A DNA stretch of 57,101 bases from assembly GCF_000281045.1 (NCBI RefSeq), contig NW_008246074.1, positions 643,588-700,688 on the forward strand. Direction: 5' to 3'. Both the position numbers and the translations under genes were made by a program. Numbering within the stretch: the stretch's first letter is position 1; each line of letters opens with the position of its first letter. The notes below the pieces were generated by a model. It saw only the letters and a program-made list of their open reading frames with translations, made no database searches and was not told the origin of the DNA. Shown here one piece after another: positions 1 through 11,455 of the stretch. Source of the DNA: Saprolegnia diclina VS20 (lineage: Eukaryota).

Positions 1-291
1 CGTTAATGCTTAAACGCGGAGACGTTTAATGCGTTTTACGCGTTTTTACGTTTTTACGTGGCAGCAAGCTGTGGGAGCATGAGGAGTTGCATCACTTTAT
101 GATGCACATCAAACGCAATGTCTGGCTTGAGGGCGCTTCGACAACAAGACGTCACTAGGAAGTGTTGTTGGCATATTCCTCGGCGATCGGTGACTTTGTA
201 CAGGGTGTATTTGAACGCGTTAATCTATCCTAGACCGCGTGCCGGTCACAATGACTTGGCAAACGTCCGCGTTGGCATCTAAATTAACGCG

Positions 292-1518
292 TCAAAATTG
301 AAATTGCTCGAGGGTCGCGTCAAAGTCGGGAAACTCGGGGAAGAAGTCGCGGTGCTGGTCAAAGAACTTGGCGCCGCTTGGGCAGTCGTCTGCAATGAGT
401 TCGACGGGCTCAAACCATGCAGAGGCCTCAGCGTCCGACGCCAGGTAGATGTGATGCTCCTTCCCGGACGCCGTCGGGGACAGTCGCTCTTGGGACATGC
501 GCTTGAAGAACTTTTGCGCGTGCGTTCGGATCTGCACGGTCGACCGCGTTGGCACGACCTGTGCGACCTTCTTCCAGTTCTTCCCGTAGGCACGAAGACC
601 CTCGAGGAAGAGCTGGTGCTCCTCGGCCAGCCAGCGGCCGCCGCGTTTCGTGCTGCCGTTGCTGCTCGTCGGGCTCAGGTCGTCGTCGAGCTCCGACTTA
701 AGGCACGGTTCGACCTTGATGCCATCCGTGTGCGCTTGTAGCGGTGCCACCTTGGCTCGCACCCGGGGCAGCCGCGGTGCCATCATCGCCATCTCCTTCT
801 CGCTAAACGCCGAGGGGGACACGATCGCCTTGGTGACGACGGTCGAAAAGTGCGATTGTGACGATGGCTGCTGCGAGGACTGCTGCTTGTTGGGGAAGTC
901 AATGACCGACTGCCGCTTCTGTCGCAACTCGAGCGCCATTTGCTCGAGCTCCTGTTTTTCTTTGGGCGACGCGGTGCCCATGGCCGACATGATCGAGTCG
1001 ATCGCGCGCGAGAGCGACCGCACTTGGCGGTGCGGCCATCGCTTGATGCCATTGCGCCGGCACATCTTCTTGAGCGATGTGATTTGCACGCCAAAATGGA
1101 GTGCGGCCTCTTTCATCGGTACGTGGAACCACTGCTTGAGGTCGTCAAAGCCCACGACCTGCGTCCACACCCGCGTCCGCGTCGCGACGGGCTTGGCGGC
1201 CGTTTTGCGCGGCTTGGCGCGCGTACCGGCGCGCTTGTGGGCAGTGAGCGCGTCGTCAGCATGCTCGTCGTCGTCTTCACCGCCAGAGCATTCTCGCAGA
1301 AACTCGAGCTGCTCTCGCCAGTACCTCTTGGACGGGACACTGTCGTCTTCGGTGCTGCTACTGCAATTGCTGCTGCTGCAGGCGTCCATCTCGTCGTCCT
1401 CATCTTCGTCGTCGTCCTCGACCTCTTCTTCGTCCATCGGGTCGTCTGCGAGCATGTCGCACGTCGTTCGCACGGCGACGTCAACGGCAAGGTCGTCGTC
1501 GGGCCGGGCCATCGTCAT
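292..1518 (-). CDS. RWP-RK domain + C-terminal SHAQKYF-class Myb domain transcription factor (408 aa, intronless)
   Basis: FDDLKQWFHVPMKEAALHFGVQITSLKKMCRRNGIKRWPHRQVRSL matches RWP-RK. GRWLAEEHQLFLEGLRAYGKNWKKVAQVVPTRSTVQIRTHAQKFF matches SHAQKYF-type Myb. Acidic N-terminus. Confidence 0.9.
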   Translation of the reverse strand: MTMARPDDDLAVDVAVRTTCDMLADDPMDEEEVEDDDEDEDDEMDACSSSNCSSSTEDDSVPSKRYWREQLEFLRECSGGEDDDEHADDALTAHKRAGTRAKPRKTAAKPVATRTRVWTQVVGFDDLKQWFHVPMKEAALHFGVQITSLKKMCRRNGIKRWPHRQVRSLSRAIDSIMSAMGTASPKEKQELEQMALELRQKRQSVIDFPNKQQSSQQPSSQSHFSTVVTKAIVSPSAFSEKEMAMMAPRLPRVRAKVAPLQAHTDGIKVEPCLKSELDDDLSPTSSNGSTKRGGRWLAEEHQLFLEGLRAYGKNWKKVAQVVPTRSTVQIRTHAQKFFKRMSQERLSPTASGKEHHIYLASDAEASAWFEPVELIADDCPSGAKFFDQHRDFFPEFPDFDATLEQFQF

Positions 1519-1997
1519 CGGGCAGCAGAAAATCGAATCTAATCTGCCACCGGCGCTGGGCCAATTTCCAGCTCAAATGTATCTTTCGATATTTCGGTCC
1601 GGGCGTTGGCTTGTGGCGTTTCATTGCACTCGATGTTTGTATGCAGAATACAAACACGCAACTTGGATGTTCGTCAACCCAGGGAACCTACCCCTGTGTG
1701 TCGCCCGATACAAACAGCAAGGTACCGCGCTGAAATGTGGAAAGTTCGAAAATCACACTTGAGTGTTGGAGAACGGCGGAAGGATGCGACGGTCGACGGC
1801 GCTGCAACCTCCTCTTCCTGTGATCGCTGAGGACTTAACATGCGCTCGTCCGAAGGAAGAGAACGAGATGCTACGGGCCAAGGACCATGGGCGACACCCT
1901 CCGCGCCGTCGAGTCGCACAGTGGTCTCCTTCCGAATGATAGCAAGTTGACAAAGGAGTAGTACTGATCCACACCATTCTACGTCTCAAAACAGGGC

Positions 1998-2810
1998 TCA
2001 GCCAAGCTTGCGCGTCAACGCCGCAAGGTGCATCGCTCGGTACGCACGCAGGGCGAGCCAGAGCGTCTTCTTCGCCATGCGGTCGGGCTGCAAGCGCAGC
2101 ATGCACGGAACGAGGACGAGCACTTCGAGGCTGCCAACGTCGGCCGCGATTGCGTCAATATACTCGTGGGGCTCCATAAAGCCATTGCCATACAGACGCC
2201 CGTTGATCTTGAACTCTTCGAGCTTGAGCTTGTTCTTGTTCGTGCACATCTTGACAGCGCGAAAGACGAGCTTCTGGAGCTCAACAGCATCGTCGTCGTA
2301 GACGCACTCGAGCAACTCGAGCGGCGGGACGTCGGGCACGGACGTGAACGGCGCCAGGAGGACCTCGAGGCCATAGTACGACCCCGTCGCTTCTTCGTTC
2401 GCCGTCTCTGCAGGTGCATCGTCGGTAGCGTCGTCGCAAGTCGGCGGCGTGGGCTCCGTCACGTTGGTCGTATCGACGACGTCGGCGATGGGTACGTTCT
2501 CCACGAGGACGTCGTCCTCGGGCAATGGCGTCGCTGCATTCGCGTCGCTAGCACATGGGCTCGAGGGTGCATCCACTTCTGTCGTCGGGGTGTCCTGCCG
2601 AGCCTCTTCCTCACAGGCGTCGGGCGGGGCATCGTCGCAGGTCGACGCGTCCGAGGCTGCGTCGCCAAGGTCGATCTCATCAATTTCTTGCTTTACAGGC
2701 GGAGATGGGAGCGCTGGAACCTCGATAGTTGGTTCGACATGCATGTCCATGGCTTTGACAGTCACGCGAGCCTTGGCCCGGCGGCCAGGAGGAGCGGGGC
2801 GCCCTTCCAT
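1998..2810 (-). CDS. Hypothetical protein with acidic Pro-rich N-half and helical C-terminal domain (possibly ZNF598/Hel2 PAH-like)
   Basis: ORF 1998..2933 has a non-ATG start; first plausible ATG is at 2810 (MEGRP). GC3-rich codons. C-terminal KLEEFKINGRLYGNGFMEPHEYIDAI. Confidence 0.7.
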   Translation of the reverse strand: MEGRPAPPGRRAKARVTVKAMDMHVEPTIEVPALPSPPVKQEIDEIDLGDAASDASTCDDAPPDACEEEARQDTPTTEVDAPSSPCASDANAATPLPEDDVLVENVPIADVVDTTNVTEPTPPTCDDATDDAPAETANEEATGSYYGLEVLLAPFTSVPDVPPLELLECVYDDDAVELQKLVFRAVKMCTNKNKLKLEEFKINGRLYGNGFMEPHEYIDAIAADVGSLEVLVLVPCMLRLQPDRMAKKTLWLALRAYRAMHLAALTRKLG

Positions 2811-3709
2811 GCTGCTCGCGGTCGTCGTCACTGGGAAATAGTGTGTCACATGGTGATTTGGTGTGTGCGCTAGAAATAGGACGCGCGGTGCGAAATTCGG
2901 ACAGTTCGGAATTTTAAGCAGCAAGGCGTGCAAGTACTAGAATCACGCCACTTTAGGACGCCAGACTGCCAAGATTGCCTTTGGTTGACGAGTGCTCACG
3001 AAGGAACGGCACGTGCCACTACGTCCCATTCAAGAGCCCTCGCCACTTGAAGGCGCTTGTACTGGCTACAACATAAGCAAGTACCGCTCGAGAGGCAACG
3101 GCGCGGTCCACTGCACAGTTTGACATGAGATTCATGTTTCTGCACTACACGGTCATGCCGGATAATGTACTATTCCCAAACCAGTTTTCTGCGAGTAGTG
3201 TTGCTGGATAAAGCACGTCGCGATCAAGCGCAACAAGTGCCTGAATGGACTACGTTGGTATTCTTGTCGATGACGCCCACGGATTCGACTGGAATAACCA
3301 ACGATCAATACAATGCAGCAGACTACAAAGATGTCACAAAAGACTCTGCAACATGCACTAGGTATGGTCACGCTGGAAAGCCTGCGAGTTGTATGCTTCT
3401 TGCACGCTACAGTCAAGAGGCGCCTCGTTCCGCGACCCAACGCCTCGAGAATTCGGGCGCGAAATGGCGTGATTCTAGCCAAGCCGAATTTTGCCCGCGA
3501 AAAAACGGCCAATACTTTAATTTCGGACTTTCGGCAATAAAACCAGGGGATGGCTGGCTCCTCTTGGGCCCTAGTTTGCCTGCCTCCACAAACCCGGTCG
3601 AGGTCTGTTCGTTACGCTCGCCGCCAGTAGCCCCGCGGAGACAAGGACGCGACAGGACGTACGTGGCATGCATCGGAGAGCGAGCTCATGTCGACCTTGT
3701 AGCGAGACC

Positions 3710-6700
3710 ATGGTGACCGAGATGACCCTCAGCGACTTGATGGCCCGCGAGGGCCAGTACTGCTCCGACAGCAGCAGCCTGAGCAGCGGCAGTCCCAGCA
3801 GTAGCAGTTCGAGCTCCGGCGACTCGTCATCCGACGACGACAGCTCCGATAGTGCAGCGCCGCCTCCACAGCCACTTGAGAAGATCCGATTTCGCGTGTC
3901 GCCCAACACCGCCAAGGAGATACAAGCCGCGGCTGCAAAAGCCGGCAAGCCGAAGCCCGAGCCAAAGCCTCGGGCCAAGCCGAAATCAAAGGCGGCTCCA
4001 AAGCCAAAGCCTCCGCCGCCGCCTCCGGGAGCGAAGACCGCGAAAGGAAAGACGGTCAAGAAGGCACTCGCAACGCCGCCACCGCCGCCGCCAATGATGC
4101 ACATGCTGCCCACGCCACAGCGCAAACCACCCGTCGTTAAACAGGCATCAGCGACTGCGATCCAGCTCGTCAAGGGTGATCCTGGCGACGTCTGCACGCC
4201 GAGCGCCGTCGAGCTGCGTGGCCGTCGCGAACTCGAGCTCGTGGCGCCCGACTTGGCGACGAACGCCTCCGTCGAAATCGACGAAAGCGCGATCGACGGT
4301 CGCGTCTACAACTTCCACCCGAACGACGCTGGTGGCGACGTGCTTCGCAACCTCGACCAGTTCTACTTTTGCGACCAGTCGGGGTCCGTTTTGCGTCCTG
4401 TTGCAACGAGTTGATCACACTTCCCGTAGGCAACCCATCAGCCTCGACGTGTTTGAGCTCCCGCGCGACCAGCGACCGCTCATCATGGCCTTTGGCACCG
4501 TCGTCCAGCCTCTGCCGTTCGAGGAGCTGCCGCCGCCTGTGCGCTACTACATGCCAGACATTGCCCCGCCGTCCGCGACTGCCGCACGGAAGCGCAAGCC
4601 GACGAAATCGGGCAAAAACCCGGCCGCCCGGAAGCTCGCGTCCGACGAAGACGACGACGATGACCACAACACAGAGAGCGACGTCAACACGGAGAGCGAC
4701 GCGACGACCGGTCCATCCATCTCGATCGGACGTACCCTGAACGACCTCGCAATGTGTAGAGTCCCACGTGAAGCGCAAGCGACCGCTCGAAGCTGCCTTT
4801 GCCGCCGAGGCCAAGAAGCCCAAGCTTGACCAACTCGACGGGGCCTGTGATGATGACGATGACGACGCGATGGACGGTGGCCACACCTTGGCTCTCTTCC
4901 CGGCGGCCTTTCGGCATCCGTACCCTCGCTATCAGTCGGCCTCGCGCGTTCGTCGGCAATACGACGGCGCAGACGACTCGGGCAACGAAAGCAGCAGCTC
5001 GGACAGCAGCTCGTCGTCGTCGTCGTCGTCTTCGTCGTCATCATCGGCGAGTAGCAGTGTGCCGCCTCCGCCGCCCGCACCGGTGACGGCAGATCCGGAT
5101 CCGTACGAGAGCAGTCCGTCCGAGAGCGACGCGCGGCCAATCGGAAAGAAGAAGACACCGGCCACGTCGTACGTCAAGGTACATAACCGGACGCCGACAG
5201 TCGTTGGCGCCGACCTCGACGACCTCATGCGCGCCGACGGTGTCCGCAGCGTTCGCATCGACGGCGTCTCTGAAGCCTCGTTGGAGCTACTCGAGTGCGG
5301 GTTCCGGCACCCGCCCAAGTGCGCAACCCAGCGCGTGTGGCTGCCCGAGATCTCGGACTGGTGCCTCGACTACACGGACGGCGACCCGACGCTGTGGGTC
5401 ATCACAGCGCACGCGTGGTACAAGATTGCGGGTCCGATCTCGGGCATGCTCCCGCACTGGAGCTACCGCCGCCACTTTACCAAGCCGCGGCTCATGTTTG
5501 AGGCGTGCTTCCACATTGCGTCGGTGCTGCGCGAGTGGCTGCCCAAGCACCCGGGCTTGAGCTACCGCGCGACGCTCCAGCAAGTAATTGAGCAGAGCAT
5601 TCTCGGCCGGTATCCGCTCACAATCAAATTTCTCATCGAGCACTGCAAGTTCATCGCCAACCAAGTGGGGAACCTCGGCGCGCCGTACGAAGGCTGGCTC
5701 CAGTGCGCCTTTTTCAAGCAGCTCTACCGCATGCACGAGAGCCTCGAGGTGCGCGTCGCCAAGCACGAAAAGCAAAAGGCCGATGTGGAAGCGCGTCGGC
5801 TCCAGCGCGAGCGCGAAGTGCTCGAGCGGCGGCAAAAGGCCGACGACGAGCGCCGCCAGCGCGAAGAGATCCGCAAGCAAATGGAGAAGGACCGGCTCGA
5901 GAAGAAAAAGTACCCGATGGAAGACCTCGACGTGCTCCTCGAGCTGCCGGAAGACGACCAGATGCGCGTGCCGCAGTGGCCGGTCGACACGACGTTTCCG
6001 CTGGCGCCGACGCTCTCGGGGCAGCTCCTCGGCGACCTCGCGATGCTCTACCAGCTCCTTGGCGCGTACCGCGATATCCTGAGCGCCCTCCCACCGACGC
6101 TGACGTTTACGAGCTTTGTGCTGTGCATGGTCGACAACGGCGCGTCACTCGTGCGCAACGAGATCTTTGTCGCCGTCCTCGAGACGCTCGTGCGCGAAGT
6201 GCCGTCGTATACGCAGTTTCGGTCGCCGCTGCAAAAACCCGCAACGTCGGTCTACGGCCTCCGCGACCAGACGTTTGTGCTCACGGTCTTCAACTGGCCG
6301 GAGGTGCTGCGGCAGCTACTGCATTTGGCCGAGTCCCGACCGATGGACGCGTACCTCGTCGGCGCGTGGGACGCGTGGTACGGCCGTGAGCTCGTGCTGC
6401 AGTCGCTGACGCAGCACGCGCAGGCGGGTCCGTTCTTGCGCCCCGTTGATTTCGAAGCGATGAACTTGGCCGACTACCCGAGCATTGTCACGCGGCCCAT
6501 GGATCTGCACACAATCATGACCCAGCTCCACGCGCGCGCGTACGAAGAGACCCCAGACGCCTTCCTCGACGACCTCGACCGCATCTGGTCGAACGCCATC
6601 TTGTACAACGGCGCCGAGTCGGAGATTGGCCGCGCGGCGGCGACGCTGCGGGAGGCGTGCGCGGCCGACGTGGCCCTCTACATGCACGCGTCTCGTCCGC

Positions 6701-8913
6701 CGTCGACGAACGTCCTCGCGGACGCGCTCAACGTCACCGAATTTAGCGAGGTACACCGACGGAACCGGTCTTGTGCCAACGAGGTTGTGCGTAGCTGCCG
6801 CTCGAGATGCGAGTGCAAGCGCTGTCGTGGGCCTGCCACGAGTTGTTGCAGCTCGAACGTGTCCGGTACGACATGGCTGTCCATGCTGTGTGACAAGAAT
6901 ATGACTCTAGAAACGACATGCACCACAACGTCGAGAAGGAATTTGAGATTTGGCGCGAGTTCCGCAAGGACGAGCGGGACCGGGACCAAGTGCGGCGCAA
7001 CGCGGAGAAGGGCCGGCGCGAGCGCGAAGAGGCGTTTCGACAGCTCTGCATCAACGAAGGCATTCCGACCAACTACAACAATGTGTTTTCCGACGCGACG
7101 AAGAAGAAGCACGCGTTCATTGCCGAGTTTTACGCCAACATTACGGCCGAGCGGTCGGCCGAAGAGGCCGCGTACAGCCGCGAGTCGAGCACGAAGGAAG
7201 CGATGCTCCGCCAACAGCTCAGCGGTCTTCGCATTCGCTGCGCGCCGCTCGGCAAAGACCGGTTCCACCACCGCTACTACGCAATGGACGGCCCGATCTT
7301 GGTCTGGGAGCACAACGACACGGGCGCGTTCCATACGTACACGAAGGAGGACGAGATCGACTCGCTCCTCCAGTGGCTCAACCCCAAAGGCATCCGCGAG
7401 GTCGAGCTCAAGGAAAAACTGGAGCTCATTGCCGACGACATCATCGCGCACCTCAAGGTCCCGTACGTGGCACCACCAGACCTTGCGCCCGAGTCGACCT
7501 ACTGCCTCGGGGCGTGTCTCCCGCTGCCCGTGTTTGCCCTCCCGACGACGTCGCCAGCCCTGCAAGCCGTGAGCACGGCCCTCGCCGGACTCGTGTCACT
7601 GCTCGGTGACGAGACGCCAGCGGCGCCGGTGCAGTCACTGGCCGACGCCATCGAGTGCACGCTGGCCACCGAAGCGCGCATGCTGGACGCACTACCGGCC
7701 GAATGTCTCCAGTCGCACTGGCGCGCCCAGCGTCTCGGGTGGCGACCGATGGTTGCTGGCAGCAAGACAGTACCGCAGCTGCTCGTGCTTCTCGCGGCGT
7801 GGCTCCGCCAAGGCGTGGTCATGGACCTCTGGATGGACATGGTCGTGGAGCTCACGCGGAAAGACTGGCTCCAGCTGCGGCCCAAAGCCGCGCGCAACTT
7901 TTGCCCCGACGTGGGCCACAATGTCGTGTACTTTGGCAACGGCCACGCGCAGGCGCTCGCCGACGACGCCAAAGTCAAGCATGCGACGCCGCTCGCGCGG
8001 CCTGTCGACACGGTCGTGCACGAACAAACCGTCGCGTGCACGGTCACCAAGGTCGGGTACCATCACGGCAATGGCGACCCGTACGCGGTCTTGGTGCTCA
8101 CGCCGTCCGAGTCGCTCGTGACGCGTCTCGAGCCCAAGAGCCACCTCTGCACGCTCCCGTCTGCGACGCAAAAGGTTGGCCGCGTCCTCCTCCGCATCCT
8201 CAACAAGCTCAAGCACGATGTGAACGCGGGTCCGTTCCTCGAACCTGTCTCGACGACCGACTTTCCCACGTACAAGGACATTGTGCTCAAGCCCATGGAC
8301 CTCTCGACGATGGCGGCGCGCATCAAGCAGGACAAGTACCCCAACGGCGCGGCCTTTGTCGCCGACGTCAAGCTCATTGCGAAGAACTGCAAGCTCTTTT
8401 GCGACGGGCGGTTCCCGACGCTGCCCCCGATGGCCACGGCGCTCGTGGCGGTTGCCGAGTCGCTCGTCAAGAAGCACGCAGCCGAGCTCAAGGGCGACGA
8501 CGCCGTCGCGCCTCGTGGCCGAGGTCGTGCCAAACTCGACGACAAGCTGCCGGCCGACGTTGTACCTTCGCGCATCACGGTGAGCCTGCGCCTCGAGAAC
8601 CGCCTGCCCGAGTTCCTCGTCGACGCCAAGCGCTACGAGACTGCAGTGAACCGGTCGTGGAAGGCCGGCGAGAAGGTGCGCGTCTTGTTCCGGGACCCGA
8701 AGGGCATGCCGACCGAGTATTTTAACGCGTCGACAGCTGGGTCACTGCCCGTCTTGGCCAACGGTCTCCTACCGTGGGAAGCGCTGCGCGTCGTGTGGGA
8801 CGAAGACGACGGCTCGGACGACAGCCGCGTCAACCCTTGGTACGTCCACGATATGTATTCCCGTCGAGTCTCATCGTTGGCGCAGGGAGGCGGAAATTGT
8901 CAAGCAAAAGTAG
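3710..8913 (+). CDS. BAZ/ACF-like chromatin protein: RFTS (DNMT1-RFD)-like, DDT, bromodomain 1, WHIM1, WHIM2/3, PHIP/BRWD Tudor-like module with inserted bromodomain 2
   Basis: GT-AG introns 4384-4429, 4711-4759, 6751-6794, 6866-6910 and 8840-8885 join the ORFs in frame, ending NPWEAEIVKQK*. Motifs: WLPEISDWCLDY...LWVITAHAWYKI (RFTS); LLGDLAMLYQLLGAYRDIL (DDT); GPFLRPVD...DYPSIVTRPMDL...NAILYN (bromo); PLGKDRFHHRYY...LNPKGIRE (WHIM2/3); second bromo GPFLEPVS...KPMDL. Confidence 0.85.
5010..5046 (+). repeat. (TCG)n-type microsatellite encoding poly-Ser
   Basis: tcgtcgtcgtcgtcgtcgtcttcgtcgtcatcatcg lies inside the chromatin-protein CDS. Confidence 0.8.
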
Positions 8914-9035
8914 GCTATACAGTAACTAGATCATCCATTCGACGAAGCATTTTCGTCTTCTTCTGCCTCTGCGAGATCGTTGGGACTGAGAGAACGCCTC
9001 CCACTGAATAGTAACAAACAACAAAATTGATCGGC

Positions 9036-10169
9036 TCAGCTCAAACGCGGCATGAGGAGGCGCACGATGTGCGGCGGTTGGTGCTTGACAGCGTATGCGC
9101 GGGCGGCGTCCGAGCAGCCTTCGTTGCGCTTCTCACTCAAGAACACAAGCACGTCGACGTGGCCGTAGATGGCCGCGCCGTCCATGGCCGACGTCGAACA
9201 GCCTTCGCGCCGGCGTTCGTGCAAGAACTCGACAATGTCCAAATGCCCGTGCATCGCGGCTCCGTCCATGGCGTCCGTCGTGCAGCCCTCGGTCCGATGT
9301 TCATGCAGGAACCGGACAACCTGCAGGTGACCCTCGGTCGCCGCACTGTCCATGGCGTCCGTCGTACAGCCCTCGGTCCGATGCTTGTGCAGGAACGTCA
9401 CGACGTCCAAGTGTCCGTGCATGGCCGCGAGGTCCATGGCGCGCAACGTGCAGCCCTCGCCGCGGTGTGTGTGCAAGTACCGGACCACGTCGAGGTGCCC
9501 GTGGCTGGCCGCCAAGTCCATTTCGAGCGTGCTACAGTGCGCGTAGCCGGTTTCGTGCAGAAACGCAATCACTGCGAGGTGCCCGTGCATGGCGGCGCCG
9601 CGCATGAGGTTGGGCACACTGGCGCCGTCGCTGTGCGCAAACAAGTAGCGCGCGACGTCGACGTGGCCGTGGTTGCACGCGGTGGTGAGCGGCCACCGAT
9701 TGCGCCACGGGCCAAAGTGCGTGTCCAGATAGCGCACAACCTCGAGCTGATTGAACTTGGCCGCGTGTGTCATGGCCGTGGCCGTGTACGGGTCGCAGTG
9801 GAGGCTGGCCAAGAAGGCAAAGACGGCGACGTGCCCGTGCTCGGCCGCGAGCGCCCACACAATCTCGTCGTTGACAAAGTGGCCCCGGGTGTGCAAGTCT
9901 GCCAGTAGCTGGACCTTGCCGTAGATTGCAGCGTAGCTCAAAACGTACGAGGCCCACTCGGGCTTGGCGCGCACGAAGCGGTCGATGCCGAACGCCGTAC
10001 TCCACGGCTCGAGCAGCGCGTGAAAGGCGCCGTGGTCGCTCAGCCGAAAGTAGCGGGGCGTCGTGCTCTGCAAGAGGCGGACGAAGGGCAAAAGGTCCGC
10101 GTAGCAGCCGCTCTGGTACGCGCTCATCTCGCGCAAAAGGTCCGGCGACGTCAAGGCGCAGTGCGCCAT
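9036..10169 (-). CDS. Ankyrin-repeat protein of the expanded oomycete 'HRTEGCTTDAMDxAA' family
   Basis: Tandem ~25-aa repeats AMDxAAxxGHLDVVxFLHxHRxEGCT. ATG at 10169 (MAHCALTSPDLL). Confidence 0.9.
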   Translation of the reverse strand: MAHCALTSPDLLREMSAYQSGCYADLLPFVRLLQSTTPRYFRLSDHGAFHALLEPWSTAFGIDRFVRAKPEWASYVLSYAAIYGKVQLLADLHTRGHFVNDEIVWALAAEHGHVAVFAFLASLHCDPYTATAMTHAAKFNQLEVVRYLDTHFGPWRNRWPLTTACNHGHVDVARYLFAHSDGASVPNLMRGAAMHGHLAVIAFLHETGYAHCSTLEMDLAASHGHLDVVRYLHTHRGEGCTLRAMDLAAMHGHLDVVTFLHKHRTEGCTTDAMDSAATEGHLQVVRFLHEHRTEGCTTDAMDGAAMHGHLDIVEFLHERRREGCSTSAMDGAAIYGHVDVLVFLSEKRNEGCSDAARAYAVKHQPPHIVRLLMPRLS

Positions 10170-10767
10170 CTTTTTCAAAGTGCACTTTGGACACTGATCT
10201 GGATACGCCCTCGATAGTAGAACTTTGACACGCTCTCGATTCAAGACCCGCAACAAAGTGACCACAGCGTGCCACGAGCGCTTGAAGGAGACGTCACGGA
10301 TACTGCAAACAAAAAGTACCCGAGACGACGTAGTCTAGCTCGGCGGGATACGCTGTGCGTCGGGCGGTCTCGCTTGCTCGTTTCTGCACAAAGGACGCGA
10401 CGCCAGCCGTGTTTATAGGATCTTGAAGCACGGGCTTGAAGTACGCAGCGTCGCCACCTTCAATCCACGTCTCTGCGTTCGCTCAAGAGGTGCGTGTTCT
10501 TGCCGAGTCCATTTTCGCTCAGCATTTCGGTTGACGGCTAGACGGCAGAAGGCGCAAGTGGTCGACAGGAAGGACCGACGGGGTCTAGCACACACGGGCA
10601 GAAGAGCGATAGGCGGCTCTCTTCTCGGTCCGCGAAGGTGCGATCCAAAGGCGCTTCATGCAAGGAGCTCCCGAGTGGTCAATCTGATTCTATTTTCACG
10701 TTTTTCACATTAACCACGTAAATCTATCCAGTGAAAAACACTCGCCAGTCGAAAAGAGCCATCGACG

Positions 10768-11339
10768 ATGGCCGAGGTCATGCCCGAGGCCGTCAAGGTC
10801 GACGTCTTTGGGAGCTACGAGGCGCTGGACCAGGACAGCGGCAAGTTCTACACGGTGCTGTCCGCTTTAGACAAGTCGGGCGCTCACGGCCAACACGTTA
10901 GGAGTACATTTTACGCTGCAACGTCCAGGACCCCAGCGCCCGCCTGCGTGTACGTGGCCTTTTACAACTGCGCCGACATATATGTATGTAGTCGTGGAAT
11001 GCTGCGCGTCGATACCGCGAGTTTTGCGCGATCGACATCCTCGTACGTCTCGGCGCGCTTGGCCATGACGATGCCCATGTGCTGCTGTTGTCGTAGCTGC
11101 GGGAAAAGTACCCGCATCTTGCGAGCTCGTTTCCGTCGCTGCCGAGCAAAAAGTACCTCGGCTCGTCGCTCTCGTCCGACTTTGTGGAGAAGCGCCAGCG
11201 CGACTTGGGCCATTACATCTCGACGCTTCTGAGCTTGTACCCGCAGGTACAACTCGCACGGTCCCACGCAGCGCTAACGCCGGCGTAGCTGCTGCACGAC
11301 GAGATCATGGACGAGTTCTTGGAGCTCTCAAGTCACTGA
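10768..11339 (+). CDS. Small PX (phox homology) domain protein, 5 exons
   Basis: Splicing four short GT-AG introns (first 10855-10901) gives ...SWNAARRYREFCAIDILLREKYP...FPSLPSKKYLGSSLSSDFVEKRQRDLGHYI...DEFLELSSH*, with the PX hallmarks RRY-EF, P-LP-K and F-E-R. Confidence 0.85.
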
Positions 11340-11455
11340 TAAGACATAATGTCTGCGATGCTTTGGACATAGCGTCCACAAGGTGGCTGCAGGATGCAGT
11401 CAAAAACGATCGATCTACTCCTATACTAACGGCACAAACTAAGAACTACAGCAGT

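Noticed and set aside
6751..7572. Apparent frameshift between the 934-aa and 697-aa ORFs
   Set aside because: Resolved by ordinary introns 6751-6794 and 6866-6910; not programmed frameshifting or a pseudogene.
9100..9560. 75-bp tandem nucleotide repeats that look array-like
   Set aside because: Coding ankyrin repeats with no unique spacers; not CRISPR.
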